NCBI RefSeq assembly: GCF_022846255.1
Contig: NZ_AP025682.1
Reading direction: 5' to 3' (one strand)
Source of the DNA: Escherichia coli
GTDB taxonomy: Bacteria > Pseudomonadota > Gammaproteobacteria > Enterobacterales > Enterobacteriaceae
Length of the DNA: 64,000 bases
Under the pieces are notes generated by a model that was not told the origin of the DNA, made no database searches, and saw nothing but the letters and a program-made list of their open reading frames with translations. The position numbers were made by a program, and so were the translations under genes. Each line of letters starts with the position of its first letter. The stretch's first letter is position 1. Positions 25,248 through 39,664 of this stretch are shown here, piece after piece.

Positions 25248-25847
25248 TTACAGCGGTGAATCCTGGCTAATCTCATCGAGCGAAAGATGGAAGCTGGGAA
25301 CAAATACTTCCATGAAGTAGTCCATCTCCTGGCTGCGGCGCGCTTCAAGCGTCGCTTCCAGTCGCGTTTTTGCCAGCAAGAATTCATTATTTCCGGCCGC
25401 AAGTTCTTCCAGGCATTTCAGATATGCACACAGTGCATCTGCCTGTTTCACCAGCGATTTTTCTTCATCGCTATATGCATGCTCGTCAATTAACGGCGCA
25501 AAGATATCCTGCAGCTCTTCCGGAACCATATCGACCAGTTTTTGCTGAGCGATTTTTTCAATAGCCTTGTATTCCTGAGCGATTTGCGAATTGAAGTATT
25601 TCACCGGAGTAGGGAGATCGCCGGTGAGCACTTCTGAAGCATCGTGGTACATCGCCAGTAAAGCGATACGTTCGGCGTTGACATTACCGCCAAATTTACG
25701 ATTTTTGATAGCTGCCAGCGCATGGGCGACCATCGCTACCTGCAAACTGTGTTCGGACACATTTTCCGTCCGCACGTTGCGCATTAGCGGCCAGCGGTTA
25801 ATGAGTTTCAGGCGGGAGAGATGGGCAAAAAAATGGCTCTGTTTCAT
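25248..25847 (-). CDS. yfbR: HD-domain 5'-deoxynucleotidase
   Basis: 199 aa; HD motif ...[12 protein letters not shown].. and ..[10 protein letters not shown].. Confidence 0.95.
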   Translation of the reverse strand: MKQSHFFAHLSRLKLINRWPLMRNVRTENVSEHSLQVAMVAHALAAIKNRKFGGNVNAERIALLAMYHDASEVLTGDLPTPVKYFNSQIAQEYKAIEKIAQQKLVDMVPEELQDIFAPLIDEHAYSDEEKSLVKQADALCAYLKCLEELAAGNNEFLLAKTRLEATLEARRSQEMDYFMEVFVPSFHLSLDEISQDSPL

Positions 25848-25930
25848 AGTGACCTTACGTATGATGACATCATCAGGTCATTGTGGCGGGATAACACTGC
25901 CGGATGCAATCTCCGGCAGTGAAATTAAGA

Positions 25931-27148
25931 TTACAGCTGATGATAACCAGAAAGGAAACGCGCGAACTTGCTCAAAGACAGCTCGATATCATCGACACGC
26001 GGTAGCGTGACAATGCGGAAGTGATCCGGCCACGGCCAGTTGAATGCCGTCCCTTGCACCAACAGGACTTTTTCCTGCAACAGGAAATCCAGCACCATTT
26101 TCTGATCGTCGTGAATGTTAAAGCGTTTGGCGTCGATTTTCGGGAACATATACAGCGCACCACGAGGTTTCACGCAGGAAACGCCCGGAATATCGTTGAT
26201 CAATTCCCACGCGCGGTTACGCTGCTCATAAAGACGACCGCCAGGGGTAATAAATTCACTGATGCTCTGATAACCACCCAGCGCGGTCTGAATGGCGTGT
26301 TGCGCAGGAACGTTAGCACACAGGCGCATTGAAGCCAGCATTTCCAGACCTTCGATGTAACCTTTGGCGTGTTTTTTCGGCCCGTTCAATACCATCCACC
26401 CCTGACGGAAGCCTGCAACGCGGTACGTTTTCGACAGTCCGTTAAAGGTAATGGTCAGCAGGTCAGGTGCCAGCGGCGCAATGGAGTGATGCTCAGCGTC
26501 GTCGTAGAGAATTTTGTCATAAATTTCATCGGCGAAGATAATGAGATTATGCTGACGTGCAATCTCCACAATCTCCATTAAAAGCTCTTTGGAATATACC
26601 GCGCCGGTTGGGTTATTTGGGTTGATAATAACGATCCCACGCGTACGAGGCGTAATTTTAGCGCGAATATCATCGAGGTCCGGGAACCAGTCAGAGGATT
26701 CATCGCAAAGATAATGCACCGCTTTACCGCTGGAGAGCGAAACCGCTGCGGTCCATAGTGGGTAATCAGGTGCAGGAACCAACATTTCGTCCCCGCTGTT
26801 CAGCAATGCCTGCATTGCCTGAACGATAAGCTCCGATACACCATTGCCGATGTAAATATCTTCCACGGTAACATCACGCATGCCACGAGCCTGGTAGTGC
26901 TGCATGATGGCTTTACGCGCGGAGTAAAGACCTTTGGAATCGCAATACCCTTGAGCGGTAGGCAGGTTGCGTATCACGTCAACGAGAATTTCATCTGGCG
27001 CGTCAAAACCGAACGGGGCAGGGTTGCCGATGTTCAGTTTCAGTACCTTGTTACCTTCTTCTTCCAGGCGTTTTGCTTCTTTCAGCACCGGACCACGGAT
27101 GTCATAACAGACATTCTCTAATTTGCTGGATTTTTCAATGGGGGACAT
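25931..27148 (-). CDS. alaA: Glutamate-pyruvate aminotransferase
   Basis: 405-aa class I/II aminotransferase; PLP-lysine context ..FNGLSKTY.. Confidence 0.97.
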   Translation of the reverse strand: MSPIEKSSKLENVCYDIRGPVLKEAKRLEEEGNKVLKLNIGNPAPFGFDAPDEILVDVIRNLPTAQGYCDSKGLYSARKAIMQHYQARGMRDVTVEDIYIGNGVSELIVQAMQALLNSGDEMLVPAPDYPLWTAAVSLSSGKAVHYLCDESSDWFPDLDDIRAKITPRTRGIVIINPNNPTGAVYSKELLMEIVEIARQHNLIIFADEIYDKILYDDAEHHSIAPLAPDLLTITFNGLSKTYRVAGFRQGWMVLNGPKKHAKGYIEGLEMLASMRLCANVPAQHAIQTALGGYQSISEFITPGGRLYEQRNRAWELINDIPGVSCVKPRGALYMFPKIDAKRFNIHDDQKMVLDFLLQEKVLLVQGTAFNWPWPDHFRIVTLPRVDDIELSLSKFARFLSGYHQL

Positions 27149-28064
27149 GAATCTTGACCTTTTTTGCTGTTATCGCCACTCCCTGCCGTGGAAGTCAGCT
27201 TAGAACAATGTACTCCCCCAGGACGGTGTTTTGAAGGTCTGCAGAATAAGATTTTGCCAGAGGGGAAGGCTCGATTGTGCTGTTAATAACTTAATAATGG
27301 CAAAATAATGAGGTGCATATGCTTAATAAGTAATGTTATGTAGTGAATTGTTCTGATTATTAATTGTAAGTGTGGTTTTTTTATCTGTAAGATAATTGTG
27401 TGAAAATGCCTCGTTTAAGAATTCACTACTGAATCGCGATGATGATATTTCCGCATTACGGAGAGTTTAACAGCGTGATGATTTCCGAGGTGTCACAATG
27501 GGGGCAAGGCGTGAAACTATTGTTAAGCGGAATTAATGAATGGGGATGATGCTAATTAATTATTATTTAATATTCAAAAAGGTTTTGTTGTGCTTATTAA
27601 TAATAGAAGATTACTTTGCCTAACATAACATAACTTTGCATCAGATAATTCGCAATGACCCTTATAAATAAAAGGTTTTTGGGGTAAAATGCTTGCATAA
27701 ATGACGGATCCCTGCTCTTGATGCCGCCTCACCATTGCTGTTTGTACGTGTTCGCGTATGACCAGCGATGCTGTACGAGAGTGGAACAAGGACTCACATT
27801 TACATTTATACAAACACGCGCATGTCATAAATAGAAAAGAGTGAGTAACTTAATAGATATGCGATCCCTGAAGATATATTCTGTGATCTACTTCAGGCAT
27901 TATAACGGAACAATGTGAGTCACTTTTTTAGTGCAACTCATATGCATTTTTACTTTCGTCCGGGTTCCGGATGAAACTGCCAGGGAGGCACATTACAAAT
28001 GGAATTGCTTGTTTGTGTGTGCACAGCATTAACCAGCTCAGTATGAGCCGCCAGTAAGTGATAA

Positions 28065-29006
<942 letters not shown>

Positions 29007-29050
29007 TCGACGGACCATAGATAATTTCTGAGACAATAGTGTAAAAACGA

Positions 29051-29088
29051 GCCGCTGGGGGTGTTTTAAACCCCAGCGGCTTTTTTTT
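29051..29088 (+). terminator. Rho-independent terminator after lrhA
   Basis: GCCGCTGGGG-GTGTTTTAAA-CCCCAGCGGC followed by T8. Confidence 0.85.
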
Positions 29089-29634
29089 AGTAAAAAGCCT
29101 TCCTCGTATCGTGCAGAACGCACAAAACTGTTCATTTTTCAATCACCAGAGATTCACGTCCCGAACGCACAAATAATCGCCTGAAAAAAATCACCTGCTA
29201 CAATGATGTTAAAAATACGTAAATTTGTTGCTGCGTTTTTGTTATGGAATGACAAAAGCGTGTCACAGATCAAGAAAATACTCTCTTTTGGGGGGAGGAA
29301 TCGACACAAATTCCTGTCAAAATAGACCCGTATTTTTTCCATTGCTTCACAACGGACACGATTCAACAACATCTAATTATCCTGGAGTCGTCAAGGATCT
29401 GGGGTGAAAGGGCATTAAATGCTAATGGTGTTGATATTATGTAAACTAATGTGAAGAAACTTTTGTTAAAGTTGACAAAAGGTTATAGAAAGGAGTAAAA
29501 GACCACATCAATTAGCTGTATAAAAGAATTTCTACAGTGATTGTAAGGTTTTTTTTATTCCTCCCCATGAATCGATGTGGCGTCCATCTGCCGTGAAGAG
29601 CAGTGAATCTGGCGCTACTTTTGATGAGTAAGCA

Positions 29635-30078
29635 ATGAGTATGTCAACATCCACTGAAGTCATCGCTCATCACTGGGCATTCGCTATCTTTCTTATCGTT
29701 GCCATTGGCCTGTGTTGCCTGATGCTGGTAGGCGGTTGGTTTTTAGGCGGTCGCGCACGCGCGAGGTCGAAAAACGTGCCGTTTGAATCCGGTATCGACT
29801 CGGTCGGCTCCGCCCGCTTACGCCTGTCCGCCAAGTTTTATCTGGTGGCCATGTTCTTCGTTATCTTCGACGTTGAAGCGCTGTATCTGTTCGCATGGTC
29901 AACCTCTATCCGCGAAAGCGGCTGGGTAGGCTTTGTGGAAGCTGCAATTTTTATTTTTGTGTTACTGGCAGGTCTGGTTTATCTGGTGCGTATTGGCGCG
30001 CTGGACTGGACGCCCGCGCGTTCACGCCGCGAGCGTATGAACCCGGAAACGAACAGTATCGCTAATCGTCAACGCTAA
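29635..30078 (+). CDS. nuoA: NADH-quinone oxidoreductase subunit A
   Basis: 147 aa; first gene of contiguous nuo cluster. Confidence 0.97.
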
Positions 30079-30093
30079 CCGCGAGGCATTAAG

Positions 30094-30756
30094 ATGGATT
30101 ATACGCTCACCCGCATAGATCCCAACGGTGAGAACGACCGTTACCCCCTGCAAAAGCAGGAGATCGTAACCGACCCTCTGGAGCAAGAAGTTAACAAAAA
30201 CGTGTTTATGGGCAAGCTCAATGACATGGTTAACTGGGGTCGTAAAAACTCAATTTGGCCGTATAACTTCGGTCTTTCCTGCTGTTACGTTGAGATGGTG
30301 ACTTCGTTTACCGCGGTGCATGACGTGGCGCGTTTTGGCGCAGAAGTATTGCGAGCTTCGCCGCGTCAGGCTGACCTGATGGTGGTGGCAGGAACCTGCT
30401 TTACCAAAATGGCACCGGTTATTCAGCGTCTGTATGACCAGATGCTGGAGCCAAAATGGGTTATCTCAATGGGTGCCTGTGCCAACTCTGGCGGTATGTA
30501 CGATATTTATTCCGTTGTGCAGGGCGTCGATAAATTCATCCCGGTTGATGTGTATATCCCGGGCTGCCCGCCGCGTCCTGAAGCGTACATGCAGGCACTG
30601 ATGCTGTTGCAGGAATCTATCGGTAAAGAACGTCGTCCGCTCTCCTGGGTGGTTGGCGATCAGGGCGTTTATCGCGCCAATATGCAATCAGAGCGCGAAC
30701 GCAAGCGCGGTGAACGCATTGCCGTAACCAACCTGCGTACACCTGACGAGATTTAA
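30094..30756 (+). CDS. nuoB: NADH-quinone oxidoreductase subunit B
   Basis: 220 aa; N2 cluster cysteines (CCY...GxC...C..PGCPP). Confidence 0.97.
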
Positions 30757-30849
30757 TTTGCGCCTGTCGGCAAAGGGATTTTTCTTCGCTTATTCCTAAA
30801 TCTATTTCGCGAAGCTTACTGCGCCGACAGTCACCACGGACCATTTGCA

Positions 30850-32652
30850 ATGGTGAACAATATGACCGACTTAACCGCGCAAGAACCCGCCTGGCAGACC
30901 TGCGATCATCTTGATGATCCGGTGATTGGCGAACTGCGCAACCGTTTTGGGCCGGATGCCTTTACTGTTCAGGCGACTCGCACCGGGGTTCCCGTTGTGT
31001 GGATCAAGCGTGAACAATTACTGGAAGTTGGCGATTTCTTAAAGAAACTGCCGAAACCTTACGTCATGCTGTTTGACTTACACGGCATGGACGAACGTCT
31101 GCGCACACACCGCGAAGGGTTACCTGCCGCGGATTTTTCCGTTTTCTACCATCTGATTTCTATCGATCGTAACCGCGACATCATGCTGAAGGTGGCGCTG
31201 GCAGAAAACGACCTGCACGTACCGACCTTCACCAAACTGTTCCCGAACGCTAACTGGTATGAGCGTGAGACCTGGGATCTGTTTGGCATTACTTTCGACG
31301 GTCACCCGAACCTGCGCCGCATCATGATGCCGCAAACCTGGAAAGGTCACCCGCTGCGTAAAGATTACCCGGCGCGCGCTACCGAATTCTCGCCGTTTGA
31401 GCTGACCAAAGCCAAACAGGATCTGGAGATGGAGGCCCTGACCTTCAAACCGGAAGAGTGGGGGATGAAGCGCGGCACCGAAAACGAGGACTTCATGTTC
31501 CTCAACCTCGGTCCGAACCACCCGTCTGCGCACGGTGCTTTCCGTATCGTTTTGCAGCTTGATGGCGAAGAGATTGTCGACTGCGTACCAGACATCGGTT
31601 ACCACCACCGTGGCGCAGAGAAAATGGGCGAACGCCAGTCCTGGCACAGCTACATTCCGTATACCGACCGTATCGAATACCTCGGCGGCTGCGTTAACGA
31701 AATGCCTTATGTGCTGGCGGTAGAGAAACTGGCTGGGATCACCGTGCCGGATCGCGTTAACGTCATTCGCGTAATGCTCTCCGAACTGTTCCGCATCAAC
31801 AGTCACCTGCTGTATATCTCCACCTTTATTCAGGACGTCGGCGCGATGACGCCAGTGTTCTTCGCCTTTACCGATCGTCAGAAAATTTACGATCTGGTGG
31901 AAGCAATCACTGGTTTTCGTATGCACCCGGCGTGGTTCCGTATTGGCGGCGTAGCGCACGACCTGCCGCGCGGCTGGGATCGCCTGCTGCGTGAGTTCCT
32001 CGACTGGATGCCGAAACGTCTGGCGTCTTACGAGAAAGCGGCGCTGCAAAATACCATTCTGAAAGGTCGTTCCCAGGGCGTTGCCGCCTATGGCGCGAAA
32101 GAGGCACTGGAGTGGGGCACCACTGGCGCGGGCCTGCGTGCTACCGGGATCGACTTCGACGTGCGTAAGGCGCGTCCGTATTCTGGCTATGAAAACTTCG
32201 ACTTTGAAATCCCGGTGGGTGGTGGTGTTTCTGACTGCTACACCCGCGTAATGCTGAAAGTGGAAGAGCTGCGCCAGAGTCTGCGCATTCTTGAGCAGTG
32301 CCTCAACAACATGCCGGAAGGCCCGTTCAAAGCGGATCATCCGCTGACTACGCCGCCGCCGAAAGAGCGCACGTTGCAACATATCGAAACCCTGATCACC
32401 CACTTCCTGCAAGTGTCGTGGGGGCCGGTGATGCCAGCCAATGAATCTTTCCAGATGATTGAGGCGACCAAGGGGATCAACAGTTACTACCTGACCAGCG
32501 ACGGTAGCACCATGAGTTATCGCACCCGTATCCGTACGCCGAGTTATGCGCATTTGCAGCAAATTCCGGCGGCGATCCGCGGCAGCCTGGTGTCTGACCT
32601 GATTGTTTATCTGGGCAGTATCGATTTTGTTATGTCAGATGTGGACCGCTAA
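30850..32652 (+). CDS. nuoC: NADH-quinone oxidoreductase subunit C/D (fused)
   Basis: 600-aa ORF; alternative ATG at 30862 would give 596 aa. Confidence 0.96.
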   Translation: MVNNMTDLTAQEPAWQTCDHLDDPVIGELRNRFGPDAFTVQATRTGVPVVWIKREQLLEVGDFLKKLPKPYVMLFDLHGMDERLRTHREGLPAADFSVFYHLISIDRNRDIMLKVALAENDLHVPTFTKLFPNANWYERETWDLFGITFDGHPNLRRIMMPQTWKGHPLRKDYPARATEFSPFELTKAKQDLEMEALTFKPEEWGMKRGTENEDFMFLNLGPNHPSAHGAFRIVLQLDGEEIVDCVPDIGYHHRGAEKMGERQSWHSYIPYTDRIEYLGGCVNEMPYVLAVEKLAGITVPDRVNVIRVMLSELFRINSHLLYISTFIQDVGAMTPVFFAFTDRQKIYDLVEAITGFRMHPAWFRIGGVAHDLPRGWDRLLREFLDWMPKRLASYEKAALQNTILKGRSQGVAAYGAKEALEWGTTGAGLRATGIDFDVRKARPYSGYENFDFEIPVGGGVSDCYTRVMLKVEELRQSLRILEQCLNNMPEGPFKADHPLTTPPPKERTLQHIETLITHFLQVSWGPVMPANESFQMIEATKGINSYYLTSDGSTMSYRTRIRTPSYAHLQQIPAAIRGSLVSDLIVYLGSIDFVMSDVDR

Positions 32653-32654
32653 TT

Positions 32655-33155
32655 ATGCACGAGAATCAACAACCACAAACCGAGGCTTTTGAGCTGAGTG
32701 CGGCAGAGCGTGAAGCGATTGAGCACGAGATGCACCACTACGAAGACCCGCGTGCGGCGTCCATTGAAGCGCTGAAAATCGTTCAGAAGCAGCGTGGCTG
32801 GGTGCCGGATGGCGCGATCCACGCGATCGCCGATGTGCTGGGTATTCCGGCGAGCGACGTCGAAGGCGTGGCAACGTTCTACAGCCAGATCTTCCGCCAG
32901 CCGGTTGGCCGCCATGTGATCCGTTATTGCGACAGCGTGGTCTGTCATATCAACGGTTATCAGGGTATTCAGGCGGCGCTCGAGAAAAAGCTGAACATCA
33001 AACCAGGGCAAACGACATTTGATGGCCGCTTTACGCTGCTGCCAACTTGCTGCCTGGGGAACTGTGATAAAGGGCCAAACATGATGATCGATGAGGACAC
33101 TCACGCGCATCTGACCCCGGAAGCGATCCCTGAACTGCTGGAGCGGTATAAATGA
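32655..33155 (+). CDS. nuoE: NADH-quinone oxidoreductase subunit E
   Basis: 166 aa; 2Fe-2S cysteines. Confidence 0.97.
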
Positions 33156-34489
33156 AAAACATTATCCGTACTCCCGAAACGCATCCGCTGACCTGGCGTC
33201 TGCGCGATGACAAACAGCCAGTGTGGCTGGACGAATACCGCAGCAAAAACGGTTACGAAGGGGCGCGTAAGGCGCTGACCGGGTTGTCTCCGGACGAAAT
33301 CGTTAATCAGGTAAAAGACTCTGGTCTGAAAGGGCGCGGTGGCGCAGGCTTCTCGACTGGTCTGAAGTGGAGCCTGATGCCGAAAGACGAATCCATGAAT
33401 ATCCGTTACCTACTGTGTAACGCCGATGAAATGGAGCCGGGCACCTATAAAGACCGTCTGCTGATGGAGCAACTGCCGCACCTGCTGGTGGAAGGCATGC
33501 TCATCTCCGCGTTTGCGCTGAAAGCTTACCGTGGCTATATCTTCCTGCGCGGCGAATATATCGAAGCGGCAGTGAATCTGCGTCGTGCCATTGCCGAAGC
33601 CACCGAAGCGGGTCTGCTTGGCAAAAACATTATGGGAACAGGTTTTGATTTCGAACTGTTCGTCCATACCGGGGCAGGGCGCTACATCTGCGGTGAAGAA
33701 ACGGCGTTAATTAACTCCCTGGAAGGGCGCCGCGCTAACCCGCGCTCGAAGCCGCCATTCCCGGCAACCTCCGGTGCATGGGGTAAACCAACCTGCGTTA
33801 ACAACGTCGAAACCCTGTGTAACGTTCCGGCGATCCTCGCTAACGGCGTGGAGTGGTATCAGAACATCTCGAAAAGTAAAGATGCTGGCACCAAGCTGAT
33901 GGGCTTCTCTGGTCGGGTGAAAAATCCGGGTCTGTGGGAACTGCCGTTCGGCACCACCGCACGCGAGATCCTCGAAGACTACGCCGGTGGTATGCGTGAC
34001 GGTCTGAAATTCAAAGCCTGGCAGCCAGGCGGCGCGGGGACTGACTTCCTGACCGAAGCGCACCTTGACCTGCCGATGGAATTCGAAAGTATCGGTAAAG
34101 CGGGAAGCCGTCTGGGTACGGCGCTGGCGATGGCGGTTGACCATGAGATCAACATGGTGTCGCTGGTGCGTAACCTGGAAGAGTTTTTCGCCCGTGAGTC
34201 CTGCGGCTGGTGTACGCCATGCCGCGACGGTCTGCCGTGGAGCGTGAAAATTCTGCGTGCGCTGGAGCGTGGCGAAGGCCAGCCGGGCGATATCGAAACA
34301 CTTGAGCAACTGTGTCGATTCTTAGGCCCGGGTAAAACTTTCTGTGCCCACGCACCTGGTGCAGTGGAGCCGTTACAGAGCGCCATCAAATATTTCCGCG
34401 AAGAATTTGAGGCGGGAATCAAACAGCCGTTCAGCAATACCCATTTGATTAATGGGATTCAGCCGAACCTGCTGAAAGAGCGCTGGTAA
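33152..34489 (+). CDS. nuoF: NADH-quinone oxidoreductase subunit F
   Basis: 445 aa; 4-nt overlap with nuoE. Confidence 0.97.
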   Translation: MKNIIRTPETHPLTWRLRDDKQPVWLDEYRSKNGYEGARKALTGLSPDEIVNQVKDSGLKGRGGAGFSTGLKWSLMPKDESMNIRYLLCNADEMEPGTYKDRLLMEQLPHLLVEGMLISAFALKAYRGYIFLRGEYIEAAVNLRRAIAEATEAGLLGKNIMGTGFDFELFVHTGAGRYICGEETALINSLEGRRANPRSKPPFPATSGAWGKPTCVNNVETLCNVPAILANGVEWYQNISKSKDAGTKLMGFSGRVKNPGLWELPFGTTAREILEDYAGGMRDGLKFKAWQPGGAGTDFLTEAHLDLPMEFESIGKAGSRLGTALAMAVDHEINMVSLVRNLEEFFARESCGWCTPCRDGLPWSVKILRALERGEGQPGDIETLEQLCRFLGPGKTFCAHAPGAVEPLQSAIKYFREEFEAGIKQPFSNTHLINGIQPNLLKERW

Positions 34490-34541
34490 CCGAATTTCGA
34501 TTAACGCTCAGTCTCTGACTGAGAAAACTGGAAGCATGCTA

Positions 34542-37268
34542 ATGGCTACAATTCATGTAGACGGCAAAGAATACGAGGTCAACGGAGCGGACAACCTGCT
34601 GGAAGCTTGTCTGTCTCTGGGCCTTGATATTCCTTACTTTTGCTGGCATCCGGCGCTGGGAAGCGTCGGTGCTTGCCGCCAGTGTGCGGTGAAGCAATAC
34701 CAAAACGCGGAAGACACGCGTGGTCGCCTGGTGATGTCCTGTATGACACCGGCTTCCGATGGCACCTTTATTTCCATTGACGACGAAGAAGCGAAACAGT
34801 TCCGTGAAAGCGTGGTCGAGTGGTTAATGACCAACCACCCGCACGACTGTCCGGTATGTGAAGAGGGCGGTAACTGCCATCTTCAGGATATGACGGTGAT
34901 GACCGGACACAGCTTCCGTCGCTACCGTTTCACCAAACGTACCCACCGTAATCAGGATTTGGGGCCATTCATCTCTCACGAAATGAACCGCTGCATCGCC
35001 TGCTACCGCTGCGTGCGTTACTACAAAGATTACGCTGACGGCACGGATCTGGGCGTTTACGGTGCGCACGACAACGTCTACTTCGGTCGCCCGGAAGACG
35101 GTACGCTGGAAAGCGAATTTTCCGGTAACCTGGTCGAAATTTGCCCGACCGGCGTATTCACCGACAAAACGCACTCCGAGCGTTACAACCGTAAATGGGA
35201 TATGCAGTTTGCGCCGAGCATCTGCCAGCAATGTTCCATCGGCTGTAACATCAGCCCCGGCGAGCGTTATGGCGAACTGCGTCGAATCGAAAACCGTTAC
35301 AACGGTACAGTAAACCACTACTTCCTCTGCGACCGTGGTCGTTTCGGTTACGGTTACGTCAACCTGAAAGATCGTCCGCGTCAGCCAGTACAGCGTCGTG
35401 GCGATGATTTCATTACCCTCAATGCCGAACAGGCAATGCAGGGCGCAGCAGATATTCTGCGTCAGTCGAAGAAAGTGATCGGTATTGGTTCTCCGCGTGC
35501 CAGCGTGGAAAGCAACTTTGCGCTGCGTGAGCTGGTGGGCGAAGAAAACTTCTACACCGGTATCGCTCACGGTGAGCAGGAACGTCTGCAACTGGCGCTG
35601 AAAGTGCTGCGTGAAGGCGGCATTTATACGCCGGCACTGCGCGAAATCGAATCTTACGATGCGGTACTGGTGCTGGGCGAAGACGTTACCCAGACCGGTG
35701 CGCGCGTCGCGCTGGCAGTGCGTCAGGCGGTGAAAGGTAAAGCGCGCGAAATGGCGGCAGCACAGAAAGTGGCTGACTGGCAGATTGCGGCAATCCTCAA
35801 CATCGGTCAACGTGCGAAGCATCCGCTGTTTGTTACCAACGTTGATGACACCCGTCTGGATGATATCGCGGCGTGGACTTACCGCGCACCGGTTGAAGAT
35901 CAGGCGCGTTTAGGTTTTGCCATCGCCCATGCGCTGGATAACTCCGCGCCAGCGGTTGACGGGATCGAACCTGAGCTGCAAAGCAAAATCGACGTCATCG
36001 TGCAGGCACTGGCTGGTGCGAAGAAACCGTTGATTATCTCCGGGACGAACGCTGGTAGCGCTGAAGTGATTCAGGCTGCGGCTAACGTGGCGAAAGCCCT
36101 GAAAGGTCGCGGCGCTGACGTCGGTATCACCATGATTGCCCGTTCCGTCAACAGCATGGGGCTGGGCATTATGGGCGGTGGATCGCTTGAAGAAGCGTTA
36201 ACCGAACTGGAAACCGGACGCGCCGACGCGGTGGTGGTGCTGGAAAACGATCTGCATCGTCACGCTTCCGCTACCCGCGTGAATGCTGCGCTGGCTAAAG
36301 CGCCGCTGGTGATGGTGGTTGACCATCAACGCACAGCGATTATGGAAAACGCTCATCTGGTACTTTCCGCCGCCAGCTTTGCTGAAAGCGACGGTACGGT
36401 GATCAACAACGAAGGCCGCGCCCAACGTTTCTTCCAGGTTTACGATCCGGCTTATTACGACAGCCAAACTGTCATGCTGGAAAGCTGGCGCTGGCTGCAC
36501 TCGCTGCATAGCACCCTGCTGAGCCGTGAAGTGGACTGGACGCAGCTCGACCACGTGATTGACGCTGTTGTGGCGAAAATCCCGGAACTGGCAGGTATCA
36601 AAGATGCTGCGCCGGATGCGACATTCCGTATTCGTGGGCAGAAACTGGCCCGTGAACCGCATCGCTATAGTGGTCGTACCGCCATGCGCGCCAATATCAG
36701 CGTTCATGAGCCGCGTCAGCCGCAGGATATTGACACCATGTTCACCTTCTCGATGGAAGGTAACAACCAGCCGACCGCGCACCGTTCGCAAGTGCCGTTT
36801 GCCTGGGCACCAGGCTGGAACTCCCCGCAGGCGTGGAACAAATTCCAGGACGAAGTGGGCGGCAAACTGCGTTTTGGCGATCCGGGCGTGCGTCTGTTTG
36901 AAACCAGCGAAAACGGTCTGGATTACTTCACCAGCGTACCGGCACGCTTCCAGCCGCAGGACGGGAAATGGCGTATCGCGCCGTACTACCACCTGTTTGG
37001 CAGCGATGAATTGTCACAGCGTGCTCCGGTCTTCCAGAGCCGTATGCCGCAGCCGTACATCAAACTCAACCCAGCGGATGCCGCGAAGTTGGGTGTGAAC
37101 GCAGGTACACGCGTCTCCTTTAGTTACGATGGCAACACGGTCACGCTGCCGGTTGAAATCGCCGAAGGGCTGACAGCAGGGCAGGTGGGCTTGCCGATGG
37201 GTATGTCCGGCATTGCTCCGGTGCTGGCTGGCGCGCATCTTGAGGATCTCAAGGAGGCACAACAATGA
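34542..37268 (+). CDS. nuoG: NADH-quinone oxidoreductase subunit G
   Basis: ORF 34536..37268 (910 aa); start set at ATG giving [12 protein letters not shown]... (908 aa); either start possible. Confidence 0.95.
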   Translation: MATIHVDGKEYEVNGADNLLEACLSLGLDIPYFCWHPALGSVGACRQCAVKQYQNAEDTRGRLVMSCMTPASDGTFISIDDEEAKQFRESVVEWLMTNHPHDCPVCEEGGNCHLQDMTVMTGHSFRRYRFTKRTHRNQDLGPFISHEMNRCIACYRCVRYYKDYADGTDLGVYGAHDNVYFGRPEDGTLESEFSGNLVEICPTGVFTDKTHSERYNRKWDMQFAPSICQQCSIGCNISPGERYGELRRIENRYNGTVNHYFLCDRGRFGYGYVNLKDRPRQPVQRRGDDFITLNAEQAMQGAADILRQSKKVIGIGSPRASVESNFALRELVGEENFYTGIAHGEQERLQLALKVLREGGIYTPALREIESYDAVLVLGEDVTQTGARVALAVRQAVKGKAREMAAAQKVADWQIAAILNIGQRAKHPLFVTNVDDTRLDDIAAWTYRAPVEDQARLGFAIAHALDNSAPAVDGIEPELQSKIDVIVQALAGAKKPLIISGTNAGSAEVIQAAANVAKALKGRGADVGITMIARSVNSMGLGIMGGGSLEEALTELETGRADAVVVLENDLHRHASATRVNAALAKAPLVMVVDHQRTAIMENAHLVLSAASFAESDGTVINNEGRAQRFFQVYDPAYYDSQTVMLESWRWLHSLHSTLLSREVDWTQLDHVIDAVVAKIPELAGIKDAAPDATFRIRGQKLAREPHRYSGRTAMRANISVHEPRQPQDIDTMFTFSMEGNNQPTAHRSQVPFAWAPGWNSPQAWNKFQDEVGGKLRFGDPGVRLFETSENGLDYFTSVPARFQPQDGKWRIAPYYHLFGSDELSQRAPVFQSRMPQPYIKLNPADAAKLGVNAGTRVSFSYDGNTVTLPVEIAEGLTAGQVGLPMGMSGIAPVLAGAHLEDLKEAQQ

Positions 37269-38242
37269 GTTGGATATCACCGGAACTGATTGAGATCCTG
37301 CTGACCGTCCTTAAAGCGGTGGTGATCCTGCTGGTGGTAGTCACCTGTGGGGCATTCATGAGCTTTGGCGAACGTCGCCTGCTGGGTCTGTTCCAGAACC
37401 GTTATGGACCTAACCGTGTTGGCTGGGGCGGTTCGCTCCAGCTGGTTGCGGACATGATCAAAATGTTCTTTAAAGAAGACTGGATCCCGAAATTCTCGGA
37501 TCGCGTCATCTTTACCCTGGCACCGATGATTGCCTTTACCTCGCTGCTGCTGGCCTTTGCAATTGTGCCAGTCAGTCCGGGTTGGGTGGTTGCCGACCTG
37601 AACATCGGGATTTTGTTCTTCCTGATGATGGCAGGTCTGGCGGTTTACGCGGTGCTGTTTGCGGGCTGGTCAAGTAACAACAAATACTCGCTGCTGGGTG
37701 CGATGCGTGCTTCTGCGCAGACCCTGAGCTACGAAGTGTTCCTCGGGCTTTCCCTGATGGGCGTGGTGGCGCAGGCCGGTTCATTCAACATGACCGACAT
37801 CGTCAACAGCCAGGCGCATGTGTGGAACGTCATCCCGCAATTCTTTGGTTTTATTACCTTTGCCATCGCGGGCGTGGCGGTGTGTCACCGTCACCCGTTT
37901 GACCAGCCGGAAGCCGAGCAGGAACTGGCGGATGGTTACCACATTGAATATTCCGGTATGAAGTTCGGTCTGTTCTTCGTGGGCGAATACATCGGGATTG
38001 TGACCATCTCTGCACTGATGGTGACGCTGTTCTTCGGTGGCTGGCAAGGCCCGTTGTTACCGCCATTCATCTGGTTCGCGCTGAAAACCGCGTTCTTTAT
38101 GATGATGTTCATTTTGATTCGTGCGTCGTTACCGCGTCCGCGTTATGACCAGGTAATGTCCTTCGGCTGGAAAATCTGCCTGCCGCTGACGCTGATCAAC
38201 TTGCTGGTAACGGCGGCTGTCATTCTCTGGCAGGCGCAATAA
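37265..38242 (+). CDS. nuoH: NADH-quinone oxidoreductase subunit H
   Basis: 325 aa membrane subunit; 4-nt overlap with nuoG. Confidence 0.97.
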
Positions 38243-38256
38243 GGGGCAATAAGACC

Positions 38257-38799
38257 ATGACCTTAAAAGAATTGTTAGTAGGTTTCGGCACCCAGGTTCG
38301 TAGTATCTGGATGATCGGCCTGCACGCGTTCGCCAAACGCGAAACGCGAATGTACCCGGAAGAGCCGGTCTATCTGCCGCCCCGTTATCGTGGTCGTATC
38401 GTTCTGACCCGCGATCCGGACGGCGAAGAGCGTTGCGTAGCCTGTAACCTCTGCGCGGTAGCCTGCCCGGTCGGCTGTATCTCGCTGCAAAAAGCAGAAA
38501 CCAAAGACGGTCGCTGGTATCCGGAATTTTTCCGCATCAACTTCTCACGCTGCATTTTCTGTGGTCTGTGCGAAGAAGCCTGTCCGACCACGGCGATTCA
38601 GTTAACCCCGGATTTCGAAATGGGGGAATACAAGCGCCAGGATCTGGTTTACGAGAAAGAGGATCTGCTGATCTCCGGTCCGGGCAAATACCCGGAATAT
38701 AACTTCTACCGGATGGCAGGTATGGCAATCGACGGCAAAGATAAGGGCGAAGCAGAGAACGAAGCCAAGCCTATCGACGTCAAGAGCCTGTTACCGTAA
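38257..38799 (+). CDS. nuoI: NADH-quinone oxidoreductase subunit I
   Basis: 180 aa; two 4Fe-4S ferredoxin motifs CxxCxxCxxxCP. Confidence 0.97.
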
Positions 38800-38810
38800 G
38801 GAGAGGGGCA

Positions 38811-39365
38811 ATGGAGTTCGCTTTTTATATCTGTGGCCTGATAGCCATACTTGCGACCTTGCGAGTGATCACCCATACCAATCCGGTACACGCGCTGCTG
38901 TACCTGATTATTTCGCTGCTGGCGATCTCTGGGGTGTTCTTCTCACTGGGCGCTTACTTCGCCGGTGCGCTGGAAATTATCGTCTATGCGGGTGCCATTA
39001 TGGTGCTGTTCGTGTTCGTGGTGATGATGCTCAACCTGGGCGGTTCAGAAATCGAACAGGAACGCCAGTGGCTGAAACCGCAGGTGTGGATTGGTCCGGC
39101 AATTTTGTCAGCCATCATGCTGGTGGTGATTGTTTACGCCATTCTCGGTGTTAACGATCAAGGTATCGACGGTACGCCAATCAGTGCTAAAGCAGTGGGT
39201 ATTACGCTGTTCGGGCCTTACGTACTGGCGGTGGAACTGGCTTCTATGCTGCTGCTCGCGGGTCTGGTTGTGGCCTTCCACGTCGGTCGTGAAGAGCGTG
39301 CGGGTGAAGTGCTGAGCAATCGTAAAGACGACAGCGCGAAAAGAAAAACGGAGGAGCACGCATGA
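38811..39365 (+). CDS. nuoJ: NADH-quinone oxidoreductase subunit J
   Basis: 184 aa membrane subunit. Confidence 0.96.
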
Positions 39366-39664
39366 TCCCCTTACAACATGGACTGATCCTCGCGGCAATC
39401 TTATTCGTTCTTGGCTTAACCGGTCTGGTTATCCGTCGCAATCTGCTGTTTATGCTGATTGGTCTGGAAATCATGATTAACGCCTCCGCGCTGGCCTTTG
39501 TGGTCGCCGGAAGCTACTGGGGCCAGACCGACGGTCAGGTGATGTACATTCTCGCCATCAGCCTCGCGGCGGCGGAAGCGAGTATCGGCCTTGCGCTGCT
39601 GCTGCAACTTCACCGTCGTCGCCAGAACCTGAACATCGATTCAGTAAGTGAGATGCGCGGATGA
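39362..39664 (+). CDS. nuoK: NADH-quinone oxidoreductase subunit K
   Basis: 100 aa membrane subunit; overlaps nuoJ and nuoL by 4 nt. Confidence 0.96.

Noticed and set aside
27574-27828. 84-aa minus-strand ORF in the alaA-lrhA intergenic region, and the 60-72-aa ORFs at 29154..29407 in the lrhA-nuoA region
   Set aside because: AT-rich promoter DNA with no SD and odd composition (Cys/Lys/Leu-rich); likely chance ORFs.
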